From contig CBDANP010000006.1 of assembly GCA_965197685.1 (NCBI GenBank), positions 621,655-685,654 of the forward strand: a stretch of DNA of 64,000 nt, in the 5' to 3' direction. Of the stretch, positions 9,733-18,110 are shown one piece after another. The notes under the pieces were generated by a model. That model was given only the letters and a program-made list of their open reading frames with translations, was not told where the DNA came from and ran no database searches. Every line of letters begins with the position of its first letter. The first letter of the stretch is position 1. Source of the stretch: Dehalococcoidia bacterium (GTDB lineage Bacteria > Chloroflexota > Dehalococcoidia > Lucifugimonadales > UBA1123). The translations under genes and the position numbers were made by a program.

Positions 9733-10637
9733 ATAGCCAGGAACCGTATTGACACGTATGCCAGCGTACCGGGGAACAGACTATTGCGAGTCGCGCGGAT
9801 CTCGGAGGACTGGTTGATATGCAGACCACCCCTGCCAGATTGAAGTCTCAGAACTGCGCCGGGCATTCTTGAATCCTCAGCCACGCCGAACAGTCCTATC
9901 CCTCTGTGGGGGTCTCCGGTTCCTGAAACCAACTCGCCCGTCGCATATTCGATTGATGACCAGTCCGTCTGTCTCCGCTTCTTATCAAGGTCAGAGGCAA
10001 CTCTCAGCGTTCGGCTGATGCCCACACCACCATCTGCTATCCCTATCTCGAAACTACCCATTTTCCTGCCCGTATGCAACGCCACCAGTCCAAGAGTTCC
10101 TATCTCGGATTGGGAATGCTCCACCCCGTTGTTGGCTAGTTCCACGAACGTCTCGGTAATCGTAGAATACAGGCTCGACAATCCTGAACCTCCGGCGGCC
10201 ATCAGCTTGTCCAAAATATGGTCTGCAATACGTTCCACGTCGCTAAAAGATTGCATAACACATACGGGCAACAGCATCGAGGACATATTGGCGGAGTGGC
10301 AATCTTCGAGATTGACTCCCGCCGCGGTCAATATATCTCCGATTCCCGAACTTGCCAGAGCGTCTGACGCTCTGGCGTCGTCAGGAAGCCGTAACTCGCA
10401 GGTTGCGCCGCGCCGTCCGGCCAAAGTCAGGAAAACCACACACCAGAGCATCGCCGGTGTGTCTATGTGCAGACACCCTCGCAAATCAATCGTGACATTG
10501 CTGAATGGAAACCGCTCACTCCTGGGATCATGCGAGGTTTCTCTGGCCGCAAGACCGCCCACGTGACTGAACCTTGCTGGCGCTCGTATCTCCAGGGTGG
10601 AATCCGACGCGAGCGGATCCATTCCGTTCTTTCGCAT
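9729..10637 (-). CDS. GHKL-type (HATPase_c, anti-sigma/RsbW-like) ATP-binding protein with an uncharacterised N-terminal domain
   Basis: N box FVELANNGVEHS, G1 box IADGGVGI and G2 box HRGIGLFG. The start codon lies only 3 nt after the gyrA stop. Confidence 0.7.
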   Translation of the reverse strand: MRKNGMDPLASDSTLEIRAPARFSHVGGLAARETSHDPRSERFPFSNVTIDLRGCLHIDTPAMLWCVVFLTLAGRRGATCELRLPDDARASDALASSGIGDILTAAGVNLEDCHSANMSSMLLPVCVMQSFSDVERIADHILDKLMAAGGSGLSSLYSTITETFVELANNGVEHSQSEIGTLGLVALHTGRKMGSFEIGIADGGVGISRTLRVASDLDKKRRQTDWSSIEYATGELVSGTGDPHRGIGLFGVAEDSRMPGAVLRLQSGRGGLHINQSSEIRATRNSLFPGTLAYVSIRFLAI

Positions 10638-10640
10638 ATG

Positions 10641-13232
10641 CTATCCGAGGCCGTCCAGTTTGGCCTGAGTGCCGTTTACGCTGCCATTTCGGCGTCGGTT
10701 ACCGGCGGCGGGCGTTTTGGCTTTCGTCGCGGACTTGGGCTTGGCTGCCTGTTTCGCTGCCTTCTCTTCTATGAGGTTCAGGTCGCTTACGCAGGATATA
10801 GACGCTACTGAGTCGCCGGGGGCCGGCTTGAATATGGTCACTCCCTGGGTCGCGCGCCCCATGCTCCTGATCTCGGACAGGCTTGTTCTGAGCACCTGCG
10901 CCTGTTCGGAGACAACGTATATCTCATCCTCGCTGTCTTCTATGATCTGGGCGGCGGCGACAGGACCGGTCTTGTCGGTGATGTCGAGGGTCTTTACGCC
11001 CATGCCGCCCCTCTGCTTAGAGGGGCGATAATCACTCAGTGTAGTCATTTTGCCGTAGCCAAGCTTGCTGATAACCAGCAGGCGGTTCTTGTTCTTGGCC
11101 TTGCCTACGTCCATGGCAACCACTCTATCATTATCCTCAAGCTTCATACCTATCACACCGCGTGCGTTGCGCTGCTGATCCGGGACTTTTTCAGACTTGA
11201 ACCGGATAGCCTTGCCCTCTTGAGTAACCATAATAATGTCGTCGTCTTGGGGGGCGAGTTGCACCGAGACCAACTCGTCGTCGGGTAGCAAGGATATTAT
11301 ATTCAGACCCGCGTTCCTGATGTTGGACATCTGGGCGAGAGAGACGCGCTTGATGCGTCCATTGGCGGTGGCGAGCACCAGATACTGGTCTGTCTTCTCC
11401 AGGTCGGCCTTGTTGACGCCGATTACGGCGCTCACCTTTTCGGTGTCGCTCATGGAGATTACATTTATCACCGGAACGCCTCGCGTGTTGCGAGATGTGT
11501 CCGCCCGAAGGTCGAACGCTATCAGCGAATAGACGCGGCCCTTGTTTGTGAAGAACAGCAGCCTGTCGTGGGTATCCACTATGAGCAGGTGCTTCACGGC
11601 GTCGTTGTCGCGGGTGGTCATGCCGCCAACGCCCTTGCCGCCCCTGTGCTGGTTGCGGTAGGTGCTGGCCGGGATTCGCTTGATGTACCCGCCCTGGCTG
11701 AGAGTTACGACTATCTGCTCGTGCGGCTCAAGCTCTTCGCGGGAAAGATCGGACGCTTCGCCGCTGATGTCGGTGCGCCGCTCGTCTCCGTGCTTCTTTT
11801 TCAGGTCGCGCAGTTCCTTTTTGACCACGGCCAGAACCTTCTTTTCGTCGGCCAGGAGTTCCTCCATCTTGCGTATGGAGTCCTGTATTTCCTGGTACTC
11901 TTTTTCAAGCTGCTCACGTTCCAGGGCGGCCAGCCGGCGCAGCTGCATATCGAGAATGGCCTGCGCCTGGTCGTTGTCAAGCCCGAATCGCGCTATCAAC
12001 TGCTGACGGGCTGCCTGCGCGCTTTCTGAATTGCGTATCAGGCTTACCACCTCGTCAAGATGGCTTATGGCGATTCGCAGTCCGGCGAGGATATGCGCGC
12101 GCTGCCTGGCCTTCGCAAGGTCGAACTCCGTTCTGCGCCTGACCACCTCCTGCCTGAACTCGAGGAAGTGCTGGAGCGCCTGCCTGAGCGTGAATACCCT
12201 GGGCATCTTGTCCACGAGCGCGAGCATATTGGCGGAGAACGAACTTTGCATCGCGGTAAACTTGTACAGGTTGTTCAGGACGACCCTGGGCTGGACACCC
12301 GCGCGCAGCTCGAACACGACCCGCATACCTTCTCGGTCGGACTCGTCGCGCAGATCGGATATGCCTTCTATTTTGCGGTCTTTGACCAGCGCGGCCACCT
12401 TCTCCACAAGCGCGGCCTTGTTGACCTGGTAGGGCAGTTCGCTGACGATAATCTGCATTCTGTTGTTACGGCTCATCGGCTCTATGCGCGCCTTCGCGCG
12501 CACTATGATCTGGCCGCGCCCGGTCGCATACGCGCTCTGTATGCCGGAGGTTCCCATGATGGTGCCGCCTGTCGGGAAGTCCGGCCCCTTTACGAACTTC
12601 ATCAGGTCTTCGACGGTCGCCGCCGGATGGTCGGCCAGGTGGATCAGCGCGTCGCAAACCTCGATGGGATTATGAGGCGGGATGTTGGTAGCCATGCCGA
12701 CCGCGATGCCCGACGCGCCGTTCACAAGCAGGTTGGGCAGTCTCGCCGGCAATACATCCGGCTCGCGCAGGGTTCCGTCGAAGTTTTCGGTGAAGTCGAC
12801 GGTGTTCTGATCTATGTTGATCAGCATCTCCTCGGCTATCGGGGCCATTCGCGCCTCGGTGTAGCGCATCGCGGCGGGCGGGTCGTTGTCCACCGAGCCG
12901 AAGTTTCCCTGTCCGTCCACCAGCGGCATACGGAGCGAGAAGGGCTGCGCCATTCGGACAAGCGCGTCGTAAACGGCGCTTTCGCCATGCGGGTGCCACT
13001 TGCCGAGCACTTCTCCGACCAGCCGCGCGCACTTTTTGTGCTGGACGTTGGGTCGCATCCCCAGGTCCTGCATGGCGTAGAGGATTCGGCGCTGGACGGG
13101 CTTGAGTCCGTCCCTGATGTCGGGCAGAGCGCGCGACACGATTACGCTCATCGCGTAGTCGAGATACGAGCTGCGCATTTCGTCAACGATCTGCGTGGGC
13201 TTGATGTATCCGAATTCCGTCTTGGTTACCAT
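10641..13232 (-). CDS. gyrA: DNA gyrase subunit A
   Basis: [28 protein letters not shown], the catalytic Tyr region [10 protein letters not shown] and C-terminal pinwheel repeats. Length 863 aa. Confidence 0.97.
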   Translation of the reverse strand: MVTKTEFGYIKPTQIVDEMRSSYLDYAMSVIVSRALPDIRDGLKPVQRRILYAMQDLGMRPNVQHKKCARLVGEVLGKWHPHGESAVYDALVRMAQPFSLRMPLVDGQGNFGSVDNDPPAAMRYTEARMAPIAEEMLINIDQNTVDFTENFDGTLREPDVLPARLPNLLVNGASGIAVGMATNIPPHNPIEVCDALIHLADHPAATVEDLMKFVKGPDFPTGGTIMGTSGIQSAYATGRGQIIVRAKARIEPMSRNNRMQIIVSELPYQVNKAALVEKVAALVKDRKIEGISDLRDESDREGMRVVFELRAGVQPRVVLNNLYKFTAMQSSFSANMLALVDKMPRVFTLRQALQHFLEFRQEVVRRRTEFDLAKARQRAHILAGLRIAISHLDEVVSLIRNSESAQAARQQLIARFGLDNDQAQAILDMQLRRLAALEREQLEKEYQEIQDSIRKMEELLADEKKVLAVVKKELRDLKKKHGDERRTDISGEASDLSREELEPHEQIVVTLSQGGYIKRIPASTYRNQHRGGKGVGGMTTRDNDAVKHLLIVDTHDRLLFFTNKGRVYSLIAFDLRADTSRNTRGVPVINVISMSDTEKVSAVIGVNKADLEKTDQYLVLATANGRIKRVSLAQMSNIRNAGLNIISLLPDDELVSVQLAPQDDDIIMVTQEGKAIRFKSEKVPDQQRNARGVIGMKLEDNDRVVAMDVGKAKNKNRLLVISKLGYGKMTTLSDYRPSKQRGGMGVKTLDITDKTGPVAAAQIIEDSEDEIYVVSEQAQVLRTSLSEIRSMGRATQGVTIFKPAPGDSVASISCVSDLNLIEEKAAKQAAKPKSATKAKTPAAGNRRRNGSVNGTQAKLDGLG

Positions 13233-13621
13233 GGACGACTCCTGACAAAATATATGCTCTGTCGCCAGAGTTCACGGATATTCCGCTTCAGCCAAACGCT
13301 TCGGTATTCACTCTGCCCGGATATATGTGAAGCGCACGAATACCCCGTAAATTTCTTTACCGCAATGCCCTGAGCGCGCCTTCCCTACTGTCGAGGGAAT
13401 ATGCTTGCCAAGCTGTATGACCTGCGTTGAGCGGGCCGTTCCGCAGCATGGCAACAGGTATGAATGAAGCACATCCGGCTGAATACATTATAGCATTTTC
13501 GGGACTATTCTTCACGCAGGGCGCGAACCAAGTATTATACAAAACATAAAATGTTTTCGGCGGAGCTATGCGCGTGGCCTCACAGCCGCGTTCCGGCTGA
13601 GGCTGCGACATGGGCGCTCGG

Positions 13622-14338
13622 TCAGCCGACGGCGGCCAGACGCTCCGCCGCGCGTTCTGCCAGGGATTGGAACAGCCGGTCGAAGTGGGGCGGGATTTCC
13701 ATTCTGCGCTGCGGGCTGAACTGCACCGCTATCACCCATCTGTGTTTCACGCTCTCCAGCGCCTCTATGAGTCCGTCTTCCAGCGAATACGCGGAGGCGA
13801 GCAGATATGGGGACTTCTGCGCCTCGCGCATACCCGGGCGGTGAAGGCTGTTCACCCGCACAAACCCACCCGACCCGACCACGGCGGCCAATTTGCTGCC
13901 GGGCGATATGTAAATGTGATGGTGAGCGGGCTGGCAGCCGCTTTCGGAGGACGCTGCGGAGTGGCCTTCTACGCTCTGGAGAAGTTCGCCGCCCAGGGCG
14001 ACGTTCAGGACGTGCATACCGCGTCCTATTCCGTATATCGGCAGGTCGGCGTCCAGTCCCGCGTGGACGAGGGCGATTTCCATTTCGTCCCGCGCGTCCT
14101 CGAATGTTAAAGGCTCGACTTCCGGGTGCGGACCCTGCCCGTAGCGGGCGGGATTGACGGCAGGGCCGTCGCTGAGGACAAGCGCGCCCGCCCGGGCCAG
14201 CGCCTCTTCGGGCGTGACCCCGTAGTCGGGCGTGAGCGGCCAGGGGTCCGCGCCCGCCCGCTCGATGGCGTCGAGGTAGGGTCGCAGGCCGTTTCCGGCG
14301 CTGCCCGCCGTTATCGCTATAAGGGGTCTGTCCGGCAT
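13622..14338 (-). CDS. class-I glutamine amidotransferase / peptidase C26 (PuuD-like) homologue lacking the catalytic triad
   Basis: Family layout is present: PLIAIT..., YGIGRGMHVLNVALGG, VNSLHRPG and AVQFSPQ. The expected GICRG Cys is Gly105, and the expected WHPE His/Glu are Ser208/Gln210. Confidence 0.75.
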   Translation of the reverse strand: MPDRPLIAITAGSAGNGLRPYLDAIERAGADPWPLTPDYGVTPEEALARAGALVLSDGPAVNPARYGQGPHPEVEPLTFEDARDEMEIALVHAGLDADLPIYGIGRGMHVLNVALGGELLQSVEGHSAASSESGCQPAHHHIYISPGSKLAAVVGSGGFVRVNSLHRPGMREAQKSPYLLASAYSLEDGLIEALESVKHRWVIAVQFSPQRRMEIPPHFDRLFQSLAERAAERLAAVG

Positions 14339-14361
14339 GGGACTCTCTGACTCTCTATCGC

Positions 14362-15141
14362 TCAGTTGAACCTAGGCGGACGCCTATCGCGGAAGGCGGA
14401 GAGCGCTTCCTTGTGCGCGTCGCTGCCCATGGCGGTCTGGAAAGTCGGCCCCTCGTCTGCGAGAACGGCCTGAACGTCATGCTCGACGTAGTTCTGGTGG
14501 ATAAGCCGCTTGACTTGCGAAAGCTGCCAGGCGGGATTGTCCGCAATCTCGGAGGCCAGCTCTATGGCCTTGTCCAGCATCTCGTCGTCGGGATAGACGT
14601 AGTTCACGAGTCCGACGCCGTGCGCCTCGTCCGCGGGTATCAGGTTGCCCCTGAGCATATATTCGAGCGTCCGCCCCAGCCCTATCAGGTGGGGGGCGTA
14701 GTGGGTGGATGCGTACTCGGGCGTCAGTCCGACGCGCACGAACCTGAACGACAGGCGCGCGCTTTCAGCCGCGACCCGAACGTCGCAGGGCAGCGTGCGT
14801 GTCAGGCCCTCGCCTATCGCCACCCCGTTGATGGCCGCTATCAAGGGCTTGGCATTTCTGATAACGTCGTGCCAACTGTCCTCCGCCGTCGGAGCGATGT
14901 CCCTTGTGTCCTGCCCGTCGCGTCGCGCCTCGAACCGGCCTATGTCCGCGCCCGCGCAGAAGCCTCGCCCGGCCCCTGTCCACACAATCGCGCCTACCGA
15001 GTCGTCCTCGTTCCACTCCGCTATCTGGCTGCGAATTTCGTGGTTCATCTGCGGGTTCATCGCGTTCAGTTTATCCGTCCGGTTCATCGTTATGATGCCC
15101 ACCCGGCCCCTGACCTCGCTGAGTATAAGCTCGTAAGACAT
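14362..15141 (-). CDS. enoyl-CoA hydratase/isomerase (crotonase) family protein
   Basis: ITMNRTDKLNAM, FCAGADI and AAINGVAIGEGL are crotonase-fold motifs. Length 259 aa. Confidence 0.88.
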   Translation of the reverse strand: MSYELILSEVRGRVGIITMNRTDKLNAMNPQMNHEIRSQIAEWNEDDSVGAIVWTGAGRGFCAGADIGRFEARRDGQDTRDIAPTAEDSWHDVIRNAKPLIAAINGVAIGEGLTRTLPCDVRVAAESARLSFRFVRVGLTPEYASTHYAPHLIGLGRTLEYMLRGNLIPADEAHGVGLVNYVYPDDEMLDKAIELASEIADNPAWQLSQVKRLIHQNYVEHDVQAVLADEGPTFQTAMGSDAHKEALSAFRDRRPPRFN

Positions 15142-15242
15142 GGTTTCGCTCCTGTGGCGGATTCAAGGGTAATATTACCATAGAGGGGGGTGGATCCGAG
15201 AGTGTCATGGGGTTTGGTATGATATAGATTGGAGGTGGCATA

Positions 15243-15752
15243 ATGAGTTCCTGTGAGTATGAATCGTATTCTGTTCACTTGAGTGACGCAGAGCATGGAT
15301 CCATGTATGGTCTCAACGTGGAGGCTAAGGCTGAGAAGATAGTTCGCAAGCATTTCGCTCGCCAGCATGGAGATCAGGTCAAAGTTGAGCCTGACCAGGA
15401 CGGGGCTGACCTCAAAGTATTCCTTGACGGAAAGATTATAAGGATCGAAGTGAACGGAACCAGAGCGACCACAATCGCATGGAGCTTTATGCAAGCGCTG
15501 AGTCAAAAGTCGCACGACGGACTGAAGAGCGGCAAGGTGGCGTTGTTTCATGTGGTAGATGTAGATAGCCAAAATCCGCGTATATACGTTCTGAAACATG
15601 GGAGAGATTTTTATCTGGAACAGGAACCCAAGTGGGCAGTAATACCTGTTAAGTCGGAAGATGAAGATAAATATCCACTGAGGGGAATTTTCTATCGGTA
15701 CGATGATCCATTCGAGCCGGTGGCTGTCGAAGATTGGGAAACCATGAAGTGA
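15243..15752 (+). CDS. atypical PIN-associated antitoxin candidate: DUF3883-like (restriction-endonuclease fold) domain plus acidic Trp tail
   Basis: GADLKVFLDGKIIRIEVNGT...VALFHVVDVDSQNPRIYVL resembles the G.Di...IEVKgt...Y.lyvV core of DUF3883, with the motif Lys replaced by Asn. The C-terminal DDPFEPVAVEDWETMK resembles PIN-neutralising antitoxin tails. The stop overlaps the PIN gene start (GTGA). Confidence 0.55.
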   Translation: MSSCEYESYSVHLSDAEHGSMYGLNVEAKAEKIVRKHFARQHGDQVKVEPDQDGADLKVFLDGKIIRIEVNGTRATTIAWSFMQALSQKSHDGLKSGKVALFHVVDVDSQNPRIYVLKHGRDFYLEQEPKWAVIPVKSEDEDKYPLRGIFYRYDDPFEPVAVEDWETMK

Positions 15753-16141
15753 TCGTGCTGGATACACAGGTCTGGTTATGGTGGAATCTAGGCGCCGGGC
15801 CATTGAGAGAGACCCAAAGGCAAGCTATCGCAGACAACGAAACCACTGGACTGGGGCTCAGCGCAATCTCACTTTGGGAGGTAGCCAAACTTGTCGAGTA
15901 CGGGCGAGTAGAATTGCCGACGGAAATAGGTCCGTGGTTCGACAGCGTACTCAGACCTCCCGGAGTCTCCGTTCTCCCACTGACACCAGAAATCGCGGTG
16001 GAATCAACCACGTTGCCAGGCGATTTTCACGCGGACCCGTCGGATCAGATTATCGTCGCTACTGCCATAGTCCACCAATGCAGCCTTGTGACTTCGGACA
16101 GGCAGATAATTCGGTATCCCCACGTGACGACGATTAGCTGA
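15749..16141 (+). CDS. vapC: PIN-domain toxin (VapC-like)
   Basis: Four acidic positions: VLDTQVW, SAISLWEV, DPSDQIIVATA and TSDRQI. GTG 15749 is preferred as start (4-nt overlap with the upstream stop); TTG 15734 is the alternative. Confidence 0.85.
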   Translation: MIVLDTQVWLWWNLGAGPLRETQRQAIADNETTGLGLSAISLWEVAKLVEYGRVELPTEIGPWFDSVLRPPGVSVLPLTPEIAVESTTLPGDFHADPSDQIIVATAIVHQCSLVTSDRQIIRYPHVTTIS

Positions 16142-16186
16142 AGCTAGGGTGGACGCGCGAGAGGAGTTCGGGGTTACGCTCTTACA

Positions 16187-16213
16187 AACTGACCTTACGT
16201 AGCTGAGAGATCT
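16187..16213 (+). repeat. 27-nt dispersed repeat copy (AACTGACCTTACGTAGCTGAGAGATCT)
   Basis: It matches the reverse complement of 44991-45017 at 22 of the first 24 positions, and matches 44930-44956 more loosely. Confidence 0.5.
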
Positions 16214-16371
16214 ACACCTTCCGACATCCAATCGGCTTGGAGACCTGTCAGGCGACCGACAAGGACAGCACAACATCCGAGTCAATAGACAATTGCAAAA
16301 GTCCCCTCTCCCTCGATGGGCTGACAGGGGTAGGTAAAAGTGTACAGCCAAGTATGAATACCAACGTACAG

Positions 16372-17523
16372 CCCCTCTCCCTCAGACGGGTGATGCACAT
16401 TACCAAGTGAAGAACACAGAAAGCGTCAAGGAATGGTGTACGCTGGCCTTACCCGACCAAAGGAGGCTGGCGATGACCTTAGACTTTGACGCTTTCCTGA
16501 CGGCATTGTACACGATAGTTGACGACCTCTATAAGCGACATTATGGCTGCCACAAGCCGGTTCGTCCTGGCAGACGCCCTGTACTGTCTGACAGCGAGGT
16601 CCTTACTCTGATGCTGTGCTGTCAGTGGTTTGGGACTTCCGAGCGCGCTTTCGTTCGTCATGTGTCAGAGCATTGGCGAGGCTACTTTCCCAACATGCAC
16701 ACTCAGAGCGCGTTCAATCGTCGCAGCCGAGACCTGTGCGGGGTTGTCATAGCATTGTCCGGTGCGGTGGCTGAGGAACTGGGAGCCTGTGCCTCAGCGT
16801 ATCAGGCGATAGACAGCGTTCCTGTACCGCTGGCCCGGATGTGTCGAGGAGATCGCCATCGTCTGTTTGGAGACGAGTCGGCCATAGGAAAGGGTGGAAG
16901 CGACAGGCGCTTTTACTATGGCTGCAAACTGCTTTTATCGGTATCGCGCCGGGGCGTGATAACCGGCTTTCTGATCGCGCCAGCCAGCACAGAAGACCGC
17001 TGGGTGGCGGAGAGTTTTCTGTGTTGGCGCAATGACTGGATGGGAATACCCCGCCAGGCCCAGGACCTTCCCATCCGACGAAATGGCAACAGATATGTTG
17101 GAGCCACCGGCCCCATATGGCCAAGATATGCCGTTGGCAAGCCAATCTCAGAGCCTTATCTTGGAGACAACGGCTTTTTCGGGTCCCTGTGGCAGACACA
17201 TTGGCGACAACAGTATGGAGCGAGAGTGTTGACCCCTAAAAACTATGTCGGGAGCGAGTCGGAGCTGGCCAGACGGCGGCATTGCAGTCTCAAACAGGTG
17301 GTGGAGACCGTCAATGGACAGTTGGAGGAGGTGTTTGGCCTTCAGTTCCCACGCGCTCGCAGCAAGTGGGGACTGTTGAGTCGAGTGGCGGCCAAGGTGG
17401 CCGCTCTCAACGTGGGCATATGGTTGAATCGCCACTTCGGTCGTCCTGACCTGGCGTTAGCTACGCTCTTCAATTGTTAAAGGACTTACACAATGTGCAT
17501 CACCCGTATAAAGGGGGGCGGGG
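16372..17523 (+). mobile_element. IS982-family insertion sequence, complete copy
   Basis: Imperfect terminal inverted repeats: CCCCTCTCCCTCAGACGGGTGATGCACATT (16372-16401) against the reverse complement of 17492-17523 (CCCCGCCCCCCTTTATACGGGTGATGCACATT). It carries a single transposase gene. The outer boundary is uncertain by about 15 nt. Confidence 0.8.
16473..17480 (+). CDS. IS982-family DDE transposase
   Basis: The layout matches IS982 transposase: GRRPVLSDSEVLTLMLCCQWFG, AIDSVPVPL (D), FYYGCKLLLSVSRRGVITGFLIAPASTEDR (D), GDNGF and KQVVETVNGQLEE (E). ATG 16473 with an AAGGAGG RBS is preferred over the listed GTG 16407. Confidence 0.88.
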   Translation: MTLDFDAFLTALYTIVDDLYKRHYGCHKPVRPGRRPVLSDSEVLTLMLCCQWFGTSERAFVRHVSEHWRGYFPNMHTQSAFNRRSRDLCGVVIALSGAVAEELGACASAYQAIDSVPVPLARMCRGDRHRLFGDESAIGKGGSDRRFYYGCKLLLSVSRRGVITGFLIAPASTEDRWVAESFLCWRNDWMGIPRQAQDLPIRRNGNRYVGATGPIWPRYAVGKPISEPYLGDNGFFGSLWQTHWRQQYGARVLTPKNYVGSESELARRRHCSLKQVVETVNGQLEEVFGLQFPRARSKWGLLSRVAAKVAALNVGIWLNRHFGRPDLALATLFNC

Positions 17524-18080
17524 TGAGTTCCACGGCACGGTCAATCCGAACTTTGCGCGGTTGGATCTTGCCTCGGGGAACAGACGGCCGGGGAATCAGT
17601 TGCGAGGACTGTGGTTTCATGCAGGAACACTCAGGGCGCCACCGCCTCGTCAGCTATCGGAAGTCTTAGACTTGCTGAATAGACAGCAACGCAAGGCACT
17701 GCAAAAGGCGCTGGCCGAGCGGCGAAAAGAGGAGCCGCTCGTCGTCAGCGGCGGCGCGGACATAATTCTGTTCTGCTGGGAACGTAACGGCCGCGCCGAT
17801 CTGCTCGTAATGGCGTGCAAAGGAACGGGTGAGGAACTGGAGGCAATCGCCTTGCAACCGGGACCGAAGGATGAAGACAGTCTGATTCTGCGCGCTGGTC
17901 CTGACGCCTCAATTCTACACACTCGCACAGTGGTGATATTCGGGGCGGGCGCACTGGGTGGGCACGCCGCGGCGACACTTGCTGAAAGCGGCATCGGACA
18001 GCTTGCAATAGTGGATCCGGATGTACTTCTGCCGGGTAACGTCGTGAGACACATTGCCGGGCACAGTTTTGTAGGCGCGC
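17524..18080 (+). pseudogene. ThiF/E1-like adenylyltransferase gene remnant, truncated at both ends by IS elements
   Basis: Rossmann/ATP motif TVVIFGAGALGGHAAATLAESGIGQLAIVDPDVLLPGNVVRH is preceded by about 120 aa of unassigned sequence. The listed ORF (17474-18106) starts inside the IS982 right repeat and ends inside the IS110 right end (KLDYRLT* is IS-derived). Confidence 0.65.
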
Positions 18081-18110
18081 CTAAGCTCGACTATCGACTA
18101 ACTTAGCTTG

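Noticed and set aside
9305-9829. ORFs overlapping the STAS-like gene (9305-9829 minus, 9344-9736 plus, 9252-9518 minus).
   Set aside because: These alternative frames have Arg/Ser/Pro-rich, motif-free translations. The 9388-9732 frame has the family-like pattern and the ATGA coupling to the upstream ATPase gene.
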